Shown: positions 1 through 12,403 of the stretch, piece after piece
How the letters are laid out: every line of letters begins with the position of its first letter
Numbering within the stretch: the first letter of the stretch is position 1
Source of the DNA: Octopus vulgaris
Lineage: Eukaryota
Length of the DNA stretch: 64,000 nt
NCBI GenBank assembly: GCA_951406725.2
Contig: OX597816.1
Coordinates: forward strand, 46,624,001-46,688,000
Direction of reading: 5' to 3'
Notes under the pieces: generated by a model
The model's database searches: none
What the model was told of the DNA's origin: nothing
Seen by the model: the letters and a program-made list of their open reading frames with translations, nothing else
Position numbers and translations under genes: made by a program

Positions 1-222
1 ATCAATTTAACTCTCACTTTTCCATGCTTGCATGGGTTGGACAGAGTTTATTTAGATTTTCTACAACTAGATGCTCTTCCTACCACCAACATTTAACTGT
101 CTCCAAGTAACATAGTATTTCTCCTTGGTCAGACATGTTTTCACAGAATATTGAAAATGAATGACATTTGTTTACAACATTACTTGATGTCAAGACAAGG
201 AGGCCCCCACCACACACACATA

Positions 223-378
223 CAATGAGCTTCTTCCAGGTTCCACCTACCACTCACAAGGCTTTGGTTGGCTCAGGGCTGTAGTAAAAGACATTTGCTC
301 AAGGCACCACACAATAGGATTGAACCCAAAAACCATGTGTTTGGAAAACAAACTTCTTAACCGCACAGCCACACCTGT
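223..378 (-). mobile_element. SINE family A (tRNA-like head), 5' part, degenerate
   Basis: Reverse complement of the GGCGTAGGAGTGGCTGTGTGG...GGTTCAGTCCC...AAAGCCTTGTGAGTGG head seen in fuller copies at 43374 and 52001. Confidence 0.75.
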
Positions 379-395
379 ACCAAAATACATACATG

Positions 396-453
<58 letters not shown>

Positions 454-461
454 CATGTATA

Positions 462-716
462 TATATGAATTTTTTGCGTAATGAGATAAAAAAAACCCAA
501 GGCTGTATAGATATTAGAGCATTAAGACCTTAGCTGTAAGACCTATCTATAAATGCTCTAATATCTATACAGCCTTGGTTTTTTTTATCTCATTACGCAA
601 AAAATTCATATACACACACGCTGACATAGAACCAACCTTTATTCGCAATATTACTGAATCTGGAACTTAACCATGGCCTGTCTATAGCACTTACTCAGCA
701 TTACCTGATACCTTTG

Positions 717-720
<4 letters not shown>
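462..720 (+). mobile_element. Probable Penelope-like pLTR fragment with inverted 5' duplication
   Basis: Near-perfect ~60-bp inverted repeat (462-523 / 552-612) between (TA)n and (TC)n/(TA)n tracts. The spacer contains AGCTGTA-AGACC, resembling an HHR stem III loop plus cleavage triplet. The family assignment is inference. Confidence 0.5.
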
Positions 721-785
<65 letters not shown>

Positions 786-786
786 A

Positions 787-827
<41 letters not shown>

Positions 828-1910
828 TCCAACCCATGCCAGCATAGACAACAGACAAATGATGATTGATATATATCCCTGTTGTGTCAGAGGAAGAAAA
901 GAATTATCCAAGAATTTTACGGAGATTTTAAAACCTGTAGCAGTGGTTTGGAGAGGAAACTGTTACTCATATAGGAAGCATTACAGCTTTTCTCGGATCA
1001 AAAACCTAACCTGAATACTTACCAGAATGGACTCTGCTAAAGGCACCCAGGGTCTAGGTAGTGGTATTAAACCAGACAACAGATGAGGGCTACCGTGAAA
1101 ATATATTCATTGTTGCAGATTCCCAAAACTCTGTTAATTCCTGCTCAAAAGATAGTCAATGCTCATTCGTTTTTCTTTTTTAATTAGTTGTGAGAGAAGA
1201 TTAGGTACTTTGAACAATGAGTCAAACACAAACACATGCTAGTTAAATTAAGCAGATTTATATGGATTATTATGTAGATAATATAACCAGATAAAATCTT
1301 AACTATTATTTACCTTTTGATGTTTTAAACCATTTAAACTCAGGTGATTGTTTGCCCTTTTATTTACTTTTTTTTTGTTAGCTTTCTCATTCTGTTGTTT
1401 TTTTTTTATTTTATTGTTTTTGTTTTCATTGGTATTAAATTTTAAATAATGAAAAATAAAACAATGGTTAATACACTGTGAAACTTCTAATTTAATATTT
1501 TTCACCTGCAAATCATGTAAAAAAACACAGATTGTGGAATTTAAAAAGAGAAGAATCAAAGTGAATTCTTCACCTGCTCCTATGGTTTATGCTTCATGAA
1601 GTCATGACTAGAATTAAAATTTTTATATTTTATATTAGTATTAGTCAGTACATATCATTGTTTTTAAAGTGGTAAGATGGCTTAGTTGTTAGAGTATCAG
1701 AAAAAATACCTTATATGTTCCAGTTCATTTCAGATCCTGCCAGGATCAACTTTGCCTTTCATCCTATTGGGGTTGATAAAATAAAACACCAGTCAAATAC
1801 TAGGGTTGATGGTATCAACTAACCTTCTACCCTCGAAATTTCTGGCCTTGTACCTAAAATAGAACCTTTTTTTTTTTACCTTGTTTAGAATCTCCATTGA
1901 TAGGTGCATA

Positions 1911-2781
1911 CCGTAAATCCTTGAGTATAGTCCGCCCTTGAGTATAATATGCAGGGGATTTTAGGGGACTGTACCTCTGAAAAACCTAAACCTTGTGTAT
2001 AATACGCACCCCTTATTTAAGTTGAGTCAAGGAGGTCTATATAACATCCTTGGTTTGTAAAAATGTATACGGTAACATACTTTATTACTATTGTATATAT
2101 AACATAATGCAAACGTGTAGCTTTTTTGTGCATTTTGTTTGCAGAAAATAAAGAAATAACAGTAACTAGCACTATGACCCGGCAACGCCAGGTCATAGTG
2201 CTAGTGCGTGCATATACAGCTGTGTGCGTGCGCACATACATGCGAGTACTGTCCAAATCTTCGACCAATCCCATACAGCTAGCTGGCATTCAATTGGCGT
2301 ATCGAGTTTCAGGTATTTTGATTGGGTTTTGGATAGAAAATTCACAAAAAAGTTACTTCTATTGATTTTTTAATGGCTTTGCATGGTGACTGGGGAAATG
2401 TAAAGATGTGCACAACCACCCTTGGATGGTTTTGAATGACCATAGAAAGTGCGAGCCCTCTAACTGAAAAATTGTGGATTTGTATAAAGGACATGCACAG
2501 ACATTTTGCCGTTTATATATATAGAGATAAAGTTTAACAAATGTTGCTTACTGCAAGTTATTGATGATTCTTTTATGACTTCATTGCTTTCAGGCTTAGT
2601 TTAAGGTATTTTCGCGTCCGACATCACAAAATGTGTCTGAATAAACATTGCCGGACAGCAAATAGACTCGGACATTGCTTAGAAAATAATTTTCCTTTTT
2701 AACCTCGTATATAGTACACACTAGGGATATTGATCTTTAAATTTTCCGGAAAAAATGCGGATTATGCTCGAGGATTTACGG
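1911..2781. mobile_element. Non-autonomous Tc1/mariner-superfamily (pogo/Tigger-like) DNA transposon
   Basis: 25-bp TIRs CCGTAAATCCTTGAGTATAGTCCGC (1911-1935) and GCGGATTATGCTCGAGGATTTACGG (2757-2781), 22/25 match. TA on both sides (1909-1910, 2782-2783). Confidence 0.85.
2166..2527 (-). mobile_element. Non-autonomous Helitron nested in the pogo-like element
   Basis: On the minus strand it starts A|TC (2527) and ends CTAG|T (2166), with a terminal hairpin of perfect 15-bp arms (2165-2179 / 2191-2205) and no TSD. Confidence 0.75.
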
Positions 2782-3004
2782 TATGTGTCTATGTAGTAAA
2801 GAAGTTTGAATTTGAAACCATGTGGTTTCAAATTCAATCCAACTGTGTGACATCTTGGTTGAATATCTTTACCTATAACCCTGAGCTGACCAAAGCCTAG
2901 TGAGTGGATTTGGTAAACAGAACCAAACGAACCCCAGTGGTGTGTGTATATTTACATTTGCATATATACATACATATATTTGTGTGTGTGTGTGTGTGTA
3001 TATT

Positions 3005-3035
<31 letters not shown>

Positions 3036-3147
3036 GTATGTGTGTGTGCACAATTGTGTGGCAATTTTTCTACAGCTGGATGCCCTTCCTGCTACCAATC
3101 CCCACCTGTTTTCAAAAATTATACATATGCATGTGTATTTTGATAGA

Positions 3148-3184
<37 letters not shown>

Positions 3185-3188
<4 letters not shown>

Positions 3189-3801
3189 GGAATTAAACAC
3201 AGGTGTTATTCAAATCTTTATACTTCCGACATGTGTTTTAAAGAAAACATTGGTATTATTCCAGAAGGAATAAAATTATGTAAAACAATGCAAATTTCTC
3301 ATCAGGGAATAAAAGAGAAGCAAAATGCATCAATGAGACATTTTAACCGAATGTGATTACTGCATATATGAAGGGAATGCTGGTACATTATTTTAAAAAG
3401 AAACCGTAAATAGATATAACGTTAAAGGCAATTTATAGAAAATGGAGGAGGAGGAGGAAGAGAAAAATTAGCAGAAAACTAAAAGTGGAGAAATATAGTG
3501 TGATAGGTGAATAGAAATAAAGATTAAAAGTGTGGAAATAGATATATTTAGTGGAAGTGAAATGTAAGAAGATAGTTAAAGGTCGAATTTTATAGACTGG
3601 TAGAAATCACTTACAGGAACTAAAGTCATGTTTTTGCCAATGTTTGCGACGATAAACACATTCTTGAAACATGTTTACAAGCGGATTCTCTGAGATCAGT
3701 ATGAAATACAGTTCATCGTTATAAAACGAACAAAAAGATTTACCTTTATCATAAGGAAAGGATATAGATAGAATATTCCAATTCAAATTGTTTTTTATGT
3801 T
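3185..3801 (-). mobile_element. Penelope-like retroelement 3' remnant (end of ORF plus pLTR region)
   Basis: Minus frame 3801-3607 reads NIKNNLNWNILSISFPYDKGKSFCSFYNDELYFILISENPLVNMFQECVYRRKHWQKHDFSSCK*. This resembles the W.IL...PY...C.LC..E...IL...LN..E...C.H..K C-terminus after the Penelope GIY-YIG domain. It is followed by a decayed HHR and ends at a (TA)n tract. Confidence 0.75.
3224..3309 (-). ncRNA. Degenerate type I hammerhead ribozyme motif
   Basis: Minus strand TTCC-CTGATGA-GAAA...(CATTG/CAATG, TATTCC/GGAATA hairpin)...TTTC-TTT-AAAAC-ACAT-GTC-GGAA. Stem I is TTCC/GGAA and the triplet is GUC, but the GAAA core is mutated to AAAA. Confidence 0.6.
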
Positions 3802-3909
3802 TATAAGTAGGCTGTTACATCTTTGGTACTTATGTGAATTTTTGCTACCCTGGTAACTATTTTTTCTGTGTTATTTGTAGACATTGAAAAAAATACACAT
3901 TTATTTATT

Positions 3910-3952
<43 letters not shown>

Positions 3953-4610
3953 ATTTGTGAGTGTCATTGTTGTACTTGCAGTATCATTTCATTTCCAATA
4001 TGTGTAAACATGTCTGGCCATGGGGAAATATCACCTTGCTTGGAAACAAGTGTAGTCTATGGTTTGGCGAAAATCTGCCTCGGGAAAACTATGTCCAACC
4101 CATGCAAGCATGGAAAAGTGAATGTTAATACAGTGATGAGGATAACGAATTCTGGTTAAGCAATTACTTTGCTAATGTAATGATAAGGCTGATGTCAGAA
4201 TATGTAAAGCACTACACTTTTGTTTATACAGGCATTACTGGCATTATAGAAGAACTGTATTTATGATCATCTTGCTGTAACAAGAAATTCCCTAATGCAA
4301 CACACGGCTTCCCATTGACTTCTCTGGAAAAATAGGTTTTACATTATAAAACTCATGTTATGACAAGATCTCTTCCAATGCTTCCATAATATGAGAGATG
4401 ACTATATATATATATATATCCCTGTAAACTATAGGAAATTAATATAAGTGTATCTGTATGCATGCTTGAGTCAGAGAGAGTGTGAGAGAGAGAAAAACTG
4501 TTAGATTCCTCAAGGGTGTATGCAGCAAGCCATAATTATTTTCCTTCTTCAAATCCTTGAATCCAAAATAGTTAGAATAAAAACAGACATTTTCACACAC
4601 ATGTATATAT

Positions 4611-4992
4611 TCTTTTACTTGTTTCAGTCATTTGACTGTGGCTATGTTGGAGCACCGCCTTAAAGGGTTTTAATCGAAGAAATTGACCCTAGGACTTATT
4701 CTTTGTAAACTTAGTACTTATTCTATCAGTCTGTTTTGCTGAACTGCTAAGTTTTGGGGAGGGACATAAACACACCATCAGTTGTCAAGTGAAGGTGGGA
4801 GGACAGACACACACATAAACACACACACACACATACAACAGGCTTCTTTCAGTTTCTGTCTACCAAATCCACTCACAAGGTTTTGGTCAGCCTGAGGTTA
4901 TAGTAGGAGACACTTGTCCATGGGTACCATGCAGTGGAACTGAACCCGGAACCATGTGGTTAAGAAGCCAGCTTCTTACTACAGCCATGCCC
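4611..4992 (-). mobile_element. SINE family A, full-length, diverged
   Basis: Head, internal (CA)n and tail (TCTTTTACTTGTTTCAGTCATTTGACTG) match other copies in the window. Confidence 0.85.
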
Positions 4993-7029
4993 ACACCTCC
5001 TGCTTAATCATTTAATAATACTTTGTAATAATGGTGATGATTTTATGGTAGCAAAACTTCAATATAAGTAGAGTTGTGTGTCATAGTCCACAGGGTGGAT
5101 GGTATGAGCTCAATAAAAAATTTCATCACATAAATAATTTTATAAATATTCTGTTAATTTTTTTAAGAAATTGCAATATCTTAAGTTTTGTAAAGAGACT
5201 ATTTCAATAGAAAATGTAAGAACAAATAAAAAGAAGGTATAATGAGGTTTAGAAACAGTATTGTGGGCCTCAGATTGGAACCAAGTTCTTCCTTTGATTT
5301 CTGATCAAAGAAGGGCAGCTAAAGTTCAAAACTACTGCACTGAATACAAATCTTAAATGTTATGATTTCTAACAGATCTTTAGTTTGCTACATCAATGAG
5401 GTTGTTGTTATTGCTGGGAGAGCAGGCCCATGTTAAAAGGTATTTTGGTTGTGACCTTCCTTTTTCTATGACTGTAGCATGGGATTTGAAGGAATTAGGT
5501 TATTTCTAGAAAATTAAATGACCATGCATCGGCTCTGTCAGATGGGGGTACACAATGGAAGTAGGGTGGGAACATTCATTGGCATTTTACATTCAATTAA
5601 ATGACAGTAGTCTCCAGTGAAAAAAAAAGACAGTCTAAGGGTTGTGCCTATTTCAAGCTTAAGAACAGGTCAAGGGTTATGCCCCTTCCCCTGCATACAT
5701 TTAGGGGTGAGGCTTTAAATGTTTGCTTTACCTAACAAAATTGCTTGAAATTGCAAGTTGCTATCTGGCAGTATGCTTAACCTTTTAGATATCAGTATCT
5801 CTGAATCACTTCTGGTTCTATTATACAAAATGTGTACATTGTAAATTATTTCTCTTTAAACTATAACCTGCCATTATAATTTTATATAAGAGTTTTTTAA
5901 GTTAGCTTCTAATCACGAGCTTAACCCTACAGCATTCAAGTTACTTTTCCACATGTAGTACTTATTTTTTTTGCTTTGAATTGATCATACATTCATTTCA
6001 TAGCTTCAAAATTTTGATGTTGTGATCGTTTATTTTTACAAAAAACATTAAAGGGTAGGAGTGAGAAACTATATCTGGCCAGCTTGAATGTAAAATAGGT
6101 AGGACATTTTGACCTGATATGGCCAGTTTAATAGATGGAAAAGATAAGTTACTTTACTCTCTTCAAATTGGATTAAAATTCATTGGTAGTTTATTTTATA
6201 AAAAAGGATGACTATAAAAGTATTAAAGTGAACCAGATTTGTAATCGCTGTTGAAACACCTTCACTTACTCTTCAGAAACATGGAAATGCTATGGCTTCT
6301 TGGTGCCCCTCAGTTACTTCCCCCTGGTTGTTGTTCTTAAGTCATTCCCCAAATTTAATACAGTTTGTTTTTATAAACGCCTGTTAGATGTCTGCTTGTT
6401 GTCATTTTATCACAGTTGTACTCTTGCTAATCTATTTAGTTATTGTATTTTGTCTTTGTTCTTTTTTTGTTTTCTTGTTATTGTGACCCACTCATAGAAG
6501 GTAGACATTAAATGATGATTAATTTTAGTTTTCACTGTTTATTACATAAATGTGTCACCTGTAATCTTGTTATCTTGTGTAAGTTGTATTATACTGATAG
6601 TTAGTCTGCATAGAATGTGAGATATTCTTTGTATTGTTAGTTCTTATTATGAAACTGATATGGCATCTATTACTCTACAGGAAGTGTTGTAGGAGCTGGT
6701 GTTCTTATTTTTACTTTTCTATTATTATCATTAATATTATTGTGGATTGGTATGTGAAGATGCATGGGTTAGTGTTACACTCACGATTGTGAGAGACTGG
6801 GTTCTTGAACAAAACTCTTCCGCTCATGTTGCTCTGTGATCACTTCAACACCTGATGTGTGGTACTCTGGTGCACCTGATCAGGCAACATTGATTTGATG
6901 GAGAGAGTGAACTAATGCACAGCACATACATTTGATCATTATAAACAAATCATTCGTGCAGGTCGTTTAGCTAAAGCTGAACACTTGTGCATCGTCTTAG
7001 ACAGGAGAGTTCATCATAGTGAATTGGTA

Positions 7030-7830
7030 AGGGTGGTGGCTTAGCAGAATCCTGAGAAGATCAGGCAATTTCTTCTGGCTCTTATATTCAACTAAAATCC
7101 TGCTGAGATCAACTTTACCTTTTTTATCCTTCTGGGGTCAGAAAAATAAAGTAACATCTAAATACTGTAGTCATTTTAATCAGCTTTACCCTTCCACTCA
7201 AAATTACTGTTCCTGAGCCTAAATTAGAAGTAATTATATTATTATTTATTATATTATTCAAAGGGTGCCAGATTGCAACATGAGTAAAAGAGCCAGACAA
7301 AATTCCTTGTAGTATTTAGTTGTACCCAAAGTTCAAATCCTTCCATGGTCAGTTTTGCCATTTATCCCTCCTAGGTTTGATATTATAAAGTACAAGTCAG
7401 TGTAACCAGCTGTCACCCCCACCCTCAAATCTGAGGCCTTGTGCCTGCATTAGAAACATTTACAAAGGTTGTAGGTTGGCAGTCATTTGAAAATCAGACA
7501 AAATATTTTGCAGTATTTGTTTTAGATCTTCATGTTCTGAGTTCAAATCTCTTTGGAATTGATAAATATAGTATGAGTCATTTACGTAGACCTGTAACTA
7601 ATTCCTCTCTTGAAATTCTGGCCTTATGCCTAAATTAGAAAGAATTATTATCAATATTATTAAGATGATGGTGATACAGAAATGCTAAATTAAATGCCTT
7701 GGTGTTTTATCTTCATTTTACCTTCTAAGAATCCCACTGAAATTGACTTTGACTTTCATTCTTTTGAAATAGATACAACTAATTACTCTGCTCCCATAGA
7801 ATTGTAGTCTTGTAAGCAAAGTTAGAAATA
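7030..7830 (+). mobile_element. Head-to-tail cluster of ~4 degenerate family B SINEs
   Basis: Repeated GTTCAAAT..GTCAACTTTGCCTTT.ATCC..GATAAAATAAAGTAC..GGCCTTGTGCC..TTAGAAA modules of ~200 bp, mostly separated by ATT-rich tails. Confidence 0.7.
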
Positions 7831-7871
7831 TTTATCATCATCTAATTTTACCATTTCGATTTTATCTACAG

Positions 7872-8070
7872 ACCTACCATGAAGAGCTGTTACAAAGATC
7901 CCCTCGCCACAAGTTATTAAATGACTATGCTCGCCAGTTACTCAAGCGATATCCTGCTTTAAAAGGAGATGTCTATGTACGACTACAGCTATTAAATGCT
8001 CAGTGGCAGAAAATTGAGCAAGCAATCTCCCCATCAAAGGGTGTACAAGACTGGAAGACAATGCTTATTG
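7872..8070 (+). CDS. Internal coding exon of a spectrin-repeat protein (nesprin/Klarsicht/AKAP6-like)
   Basis: Acceptor ttttatctacAG, donor G|GTAAGC. 199 nt open: TYHEELLQRSPRHKLLNDYARQLLKRYPALKGDVYVRLQLLNAQWQKIEQAISPSKGVQDWKTMLI+G, with a spectrin helix C motif (RLQLLNAQWQKI). Ends in phase 1, matching the exon at 32437. Confidence 0.85.
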
Positions 8071-8245
8071 GTAAGCCTCTTTTTGCTTTAATAAATCTTT
8101 TTCAGCATCAAAGTGTTCTAGGTGTGGCATATGTATTTTCTCATTAATCAGTTTATAATAAAGTAAAAAGTTTTAGGGTTTTGTTAAAGTAAGTTTTTAG
8201 AGGTTTGATAGTTATATTTACTGACAGTATTTTGCATATATTTAC

Positions 8246-8601
8246 AATTTAAAATGTCCACCCTTTGCTTTCACTATAGCTCTTCACCTTTTCTCAACTG
8301 AAGTTCATGATTTCTTCACCACCTCTTTATTCAAATTGGACCATAACATCTTAAAAGCTTCTTTCAACTGTGGCTCACTTGAGTATGTGATGCATTAAAT
8401 GTGGGCTATATCACAAAAACCATGAATAACATCAAGGCTTCAAGAAGGCCAAACGGACTTGTTGAAAAGTGTGCCAGATCTGAAAGAAGCTGTTACAACA
8501 GCATGGCTCAATTTGAACAAAGAGGCAGTGAAGAAGTCATGCACTTCACTTGAGAAACAGTTCAGACATATTATGGAAGCAAAGGGTGGCCATTTTGAAT
8601 T
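8246..8601. mobile_element. Fold-back remnant of two inverted Tc1/mariner transposase 3' ends
   Basis: Plus 8462-8599 reads LKSVPDLKEAVTTAWLNLNKEAVKKSCTSLEKQFRHIMEAKGGHFE. Minus 8380-8246 reads SEPQLKEAFKMLWSNLNKEVVKKS*TSVEKR*RAIVKAKGGHFK. GGHFE is a typical Tc1/maT transposase C-terminus. Confidence 0.75.
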
Positions 8602-8611
8602 ACTCTTTTAA

Positions 8612-8807
8612 TCTTTTACTTGTTTCAGTCATTTGACTGCGGCCATGCTGGAGCACCACCTTTAGTCGAGCAAATCAACCCCAGGACTTATTCTTTGTAA
8701 GCCTAGTACTTATTCTATTGGTCTCTTTTTGCCGAACTGCTAAGTTATGGGGACGTAAACACACCAGCATCGGTTGTCAAGCGATGTTGGTGGGGACAAA
8801 CACAGAT

Positions 8808-8872
<65 letters not shown>

Positions 8873-8968
8873 CAACGGGCTTCTTTCAGTTTCCGTCTAC
8901 CAAATCCAATCACAAGGCTTTGGTCAACCCGAGGCTATAGTAGAAGACACTTGCCCAAGGTGCCACGC
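8612..8968 (-). mobile_element. SINE family A, young, 5'-truncated
   Basis: Close to copies at 52001 and 35831; CpGs retained; internal (CA)n(TA)n. Confidence 0.9.
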
Positions 8969-10037
8969 AAAAACTGTCAATAACTATAACAGTCAACCTG
9001 TAAACCTTCATACCCCAAAACCTAAAACTTTATATTTTATGATATGCCATATCTGGTAAGCTAAGTATTAATTTTTTATTACCTCATCATCTTCAATTTA
9101 CAGTGGCATATGTCTAGATGAGATATTGAAATTAATCTGAGCAAAGATCTTTCATCACATGTTTTTGTTTTTTTTTTGAAATGCATTGTTTGTCAGCCTT
9201 TATGCTCCATTAGCTCTTATCGCCTGGATCAGATGTTTCCTGTTGAACCACTCCAACCTGCATCCTAAAGGCTAGGTTTCCTTTTCTGAGCAAGAAAATA
9301 CTTCAAACCTCATCAGATGCTGAATCTGTATATAATTTTAAGTGCAGCTCATATTGGAGTACTGGGATGGTATTGTTGCCACATATTCAAATTTTGAAGA
9401 CCGCATTCAAATGAAGGTTCTTTTATTCATTCATGTTATTTTTTTTTTTTTTTTTGTTTTGTGAATATATGTTGGACAGATACTTATTACTGAGTTATTA
9501 TTGTACAGTTAGATGCCCTATATGTCACTAAATTTTGTTCTACAAGAAAGGATATTTCATTCTCCAGTGTCTTCGAAAAGGCAGGGCTATGGCACAATTT
9601 TTGCTAAAAAGGAATACTCCTGTATCAATATAAAGACAGTTCGTTTCATGAGATGATACAAAATGTGAACATTTTCACAGACCAGCATACATACACACAC
9701 ACACTTACATACACATTTGTCTGTCTGTCTGAATACACACACACACACACTTCTATAATGTCCCTCTATAAATTCTACTTAGAAGATATTGGGTCAGACT
9801 GTGGCTATAGCAAAAGATGCTCATGGTGTGATACACTGGGCTAGAACTTGAAACCTCATTTTTACAAACTGAGCTCTGTGCTTCATCTTACTAGCAAAAA
9901 TTCACTCACCATCAAACTATGACCATAAATTCACAGATGTGCTGGTTTTTCTGTCTATCATTATTGAAAAAAATCTCTAAACTAGGTAGTTGCAAATGCC
10001 CCCTTCATGAAGGCTTATTTCTTTTGTCTCCTATCAG

Positions 10038-10321
10038 CAGCAGTTCCCAACCGTTTTTGCACTACAGAACCATTTCATGCAAAGCAATTTTTCTATGGAC
10101 CAAGGAATCATGTGTCAAACAGAACATTAAATTGCATAAAATATATTTTAATTCTTACATATATAATGCAAAAATACCTTGCAGACTGGGATAGTCAATA
10201 AAATAGAAAGAGAAGAATTTATTCCTTCCGTGTAGCCTAGTACCAAATTACAAAATGATTAATGGCTCAGTTCTAGTCTGCAGCCTGGTTGTTGGTGACC
10301 CTGGTTGTTGGTGACCCCCTG
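10038..10321. mobile_element. hAT/Charlie-like MITE, degenerate
   Basis: Termini CAGCAGTTCCCAACC ... GTTGGTGACCCCCTG resemble hAT TIRs. A 16-bp tandem duplication lies at the right end; no clear TSD. Confidence 0.5.
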
Positions 10322-11609
10322 GCTGTTACCATCCATGCTGTGTCATTCATTTTAGATCTTGTATTTAAACACTTTACACAAACCTTCCTTGACAGAGCTG
10401 CAGTCCTTTACATTTTTCTCCATTCCTACAGATGTCAACTTATAGATGTTTAATATGAAAGTCACCATATTGATTTCATCAGGCTTAGTGGGGCCTGCAA
10501 GAGATTAAAAGGTCATGCCTCTCATCTGATTTTATAAAATTCGTATTTTATAAAGTAAAATACGAAGTTGAGGTTTTACTGTTGAAAAACATTCCTCCCC
10601 ATCTCTCTCCCAGGAAAGAAATGGCTTTGGCTTCTGGCAGTAATTTTGGTACTACTTATGGAATATATGTCAGTCATAAATTCCCTGTACTCTCTTTCCA
10701 CTATTTCAAAATACGTTATCAGCAAGCTATATTTTCCATTCATTGCTATTTATAGCTCACGTAGACTTCAATTGAGAAGTAAACTTATTTTCCAGGGATA
10801 CAACACAACACAGTAATAGGATATGAGACAACAAACTCTTGGTTGGCTTTATTTATTTATTTATTTTATATAGCAGATGGGTGAAATACTGTGTTGTTGG
10901 TTATAGGTTTACAACAGGCTAATGACTGGCTTACTGCATTACTGATGATGAGAATAACAAGATAATATCACTCGTGTTGTGTTTTTCATTCAAGATTTTG
11001 GACTTATGAATTATTGATCTTGTGGTGCACCTGAGCACTGTATACAATAATTTCATTATTATTATTATTATTATTGTTATTATTATTTTATATTGGGTGG
11101 GGAGAAATAGCAAATTCTTGGTAAATGGGATTCACGCCCCCATAATGAGTTTCTTGAAATTACTCCACTGTTCTTATTACTCCTTAAAAAATTTCACATT
11201 TGTTATATCTGTCTTACTCTGAATTTGAGTTCAAATCCAGACAGCATCAACTTCGTCTTTCATCCCTCTGGCTTTCATAAAGTACCAACCAGGTACTGAT
11301 GTCAATTGTAATCAACTAATTTCCTCCCCTCAAAAATTGCTAGCCTTGTGCCATCATCGTCATCGTCATCATCATCGTCATGATGATGATGATGATGATG
11401 GAGGCAGTGAGCTGACAGAATCATTAATATGGTAGGCAAAGTGTTTAGCAGCATTTCATCTGTTTTTACATTTTGAGTTCAAATTCCACCAAGGTTGACT
11501 TTGCCTTTCATCATTTTGGGGTTGATGAAATAAGCACTGGTCAGGTATTGGCGTTGGTGTCCTCAATCAGCTCCCTCCACCAAAATTTCATGCTTTGTGC
11601 CTATATCTT

Positions 11610-11970
11610 TTGTCTTTTACTTGTCTGGCATTAGACTGCAGCCATGCCTGAACATTGCTTTGAATTCTTAGTCAAAGAAACTGATCCTTGTGCTTATTTT
11701 TTCTTAAACCTGGTGCTTATTCTGTTGGGTTTTTTTTTTTGCCAAACTGCTAGGTTACAGGGGCATAAACACTAACATTGGTTGTCAAACAGTGGTGGGA
11801 CACACACACAAATACACAACAAGCTTCTTTCAGTTTCCATCTATCACATCCACTCACAAGACTTTGGTTGGCAAGAGGCTCTATAGTAGAAGACACTTGT
11901 CCAAGGTGTCACACAATGGAACCATGTGGTTGGAAAGCAATCTTCTTACCACACAGCTACACTTGCATCT
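11610..11970 (-). mobile_element. SINE family A, diverged
   Basis: Same tail, body and head order as other family A copies. Confidence 0.75.
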
Positions 11971-12032
11971 ATAGTAAAAAAAAAAAGATTATCATGCTTC
12001 TGTAGGAATTAGTACAAATGTAAGCTGCTAGA

Positions 12033-12403
12033 GAATTAATGCATTCGAGCTTTGGTGTTGAAGACTTTTACGAATCCCATGGACAGTGAGGCTCACCAAT
12101 GGAGAAGTTCTTAAGCAGATCAGGTTGAAAATGTTGCTCGAAGCTAGGATCACCAAGCATAGATAGGCATATTTCGGTCATATTATGCGGAGAAAATCCC
12201 TGGAGAAGGACATCATGCTCGGAATGGTCAGTGGCAAGAGAGGAAGAGGCCGACCAAGAACCCGCTGGCTTGACACCATCAAGAGGGATACTGGAATGGA
12301 CATAGCCAATCTGAAAGAAGCGGCCCAGGATAGAACTGACTGGAGGACACTGATCCAACAAGTGACCAAGAGTCGACTTCGACTGAGCGGATAGATAGAT
12401 AGA
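12033..12403 (+). mobile_element. 5'-truncated RTE (BovB-like) LINE with TSD
   Basis: Reads ..INAFELWC*RLLRIPWTVR..AYFGHIMRRKSLEKDIMLGMVSGKRGRGRPRTRWLDTIKRDTG..AQDRTDWR..RLRLSG*, followed by a (TAGA)n tail. 12-bp TSD TAAGCTGCTAGA at 12021-12032 and 12404-12415. Confidence 0.92.

Noticed and set aside
7030-7830. Regularly spaced repeats as a CRISPR-like array
   Set aside because: Eukaryotic context; units are ~200-bp diverged SINEs without unique spacers.
9270-9320. Minus-strand CTGATGAGG...GAAACCTAG (and a similar CTGATGA at ~10480)
   Set aside because: No stem II pairing and no NUH triplet in register.
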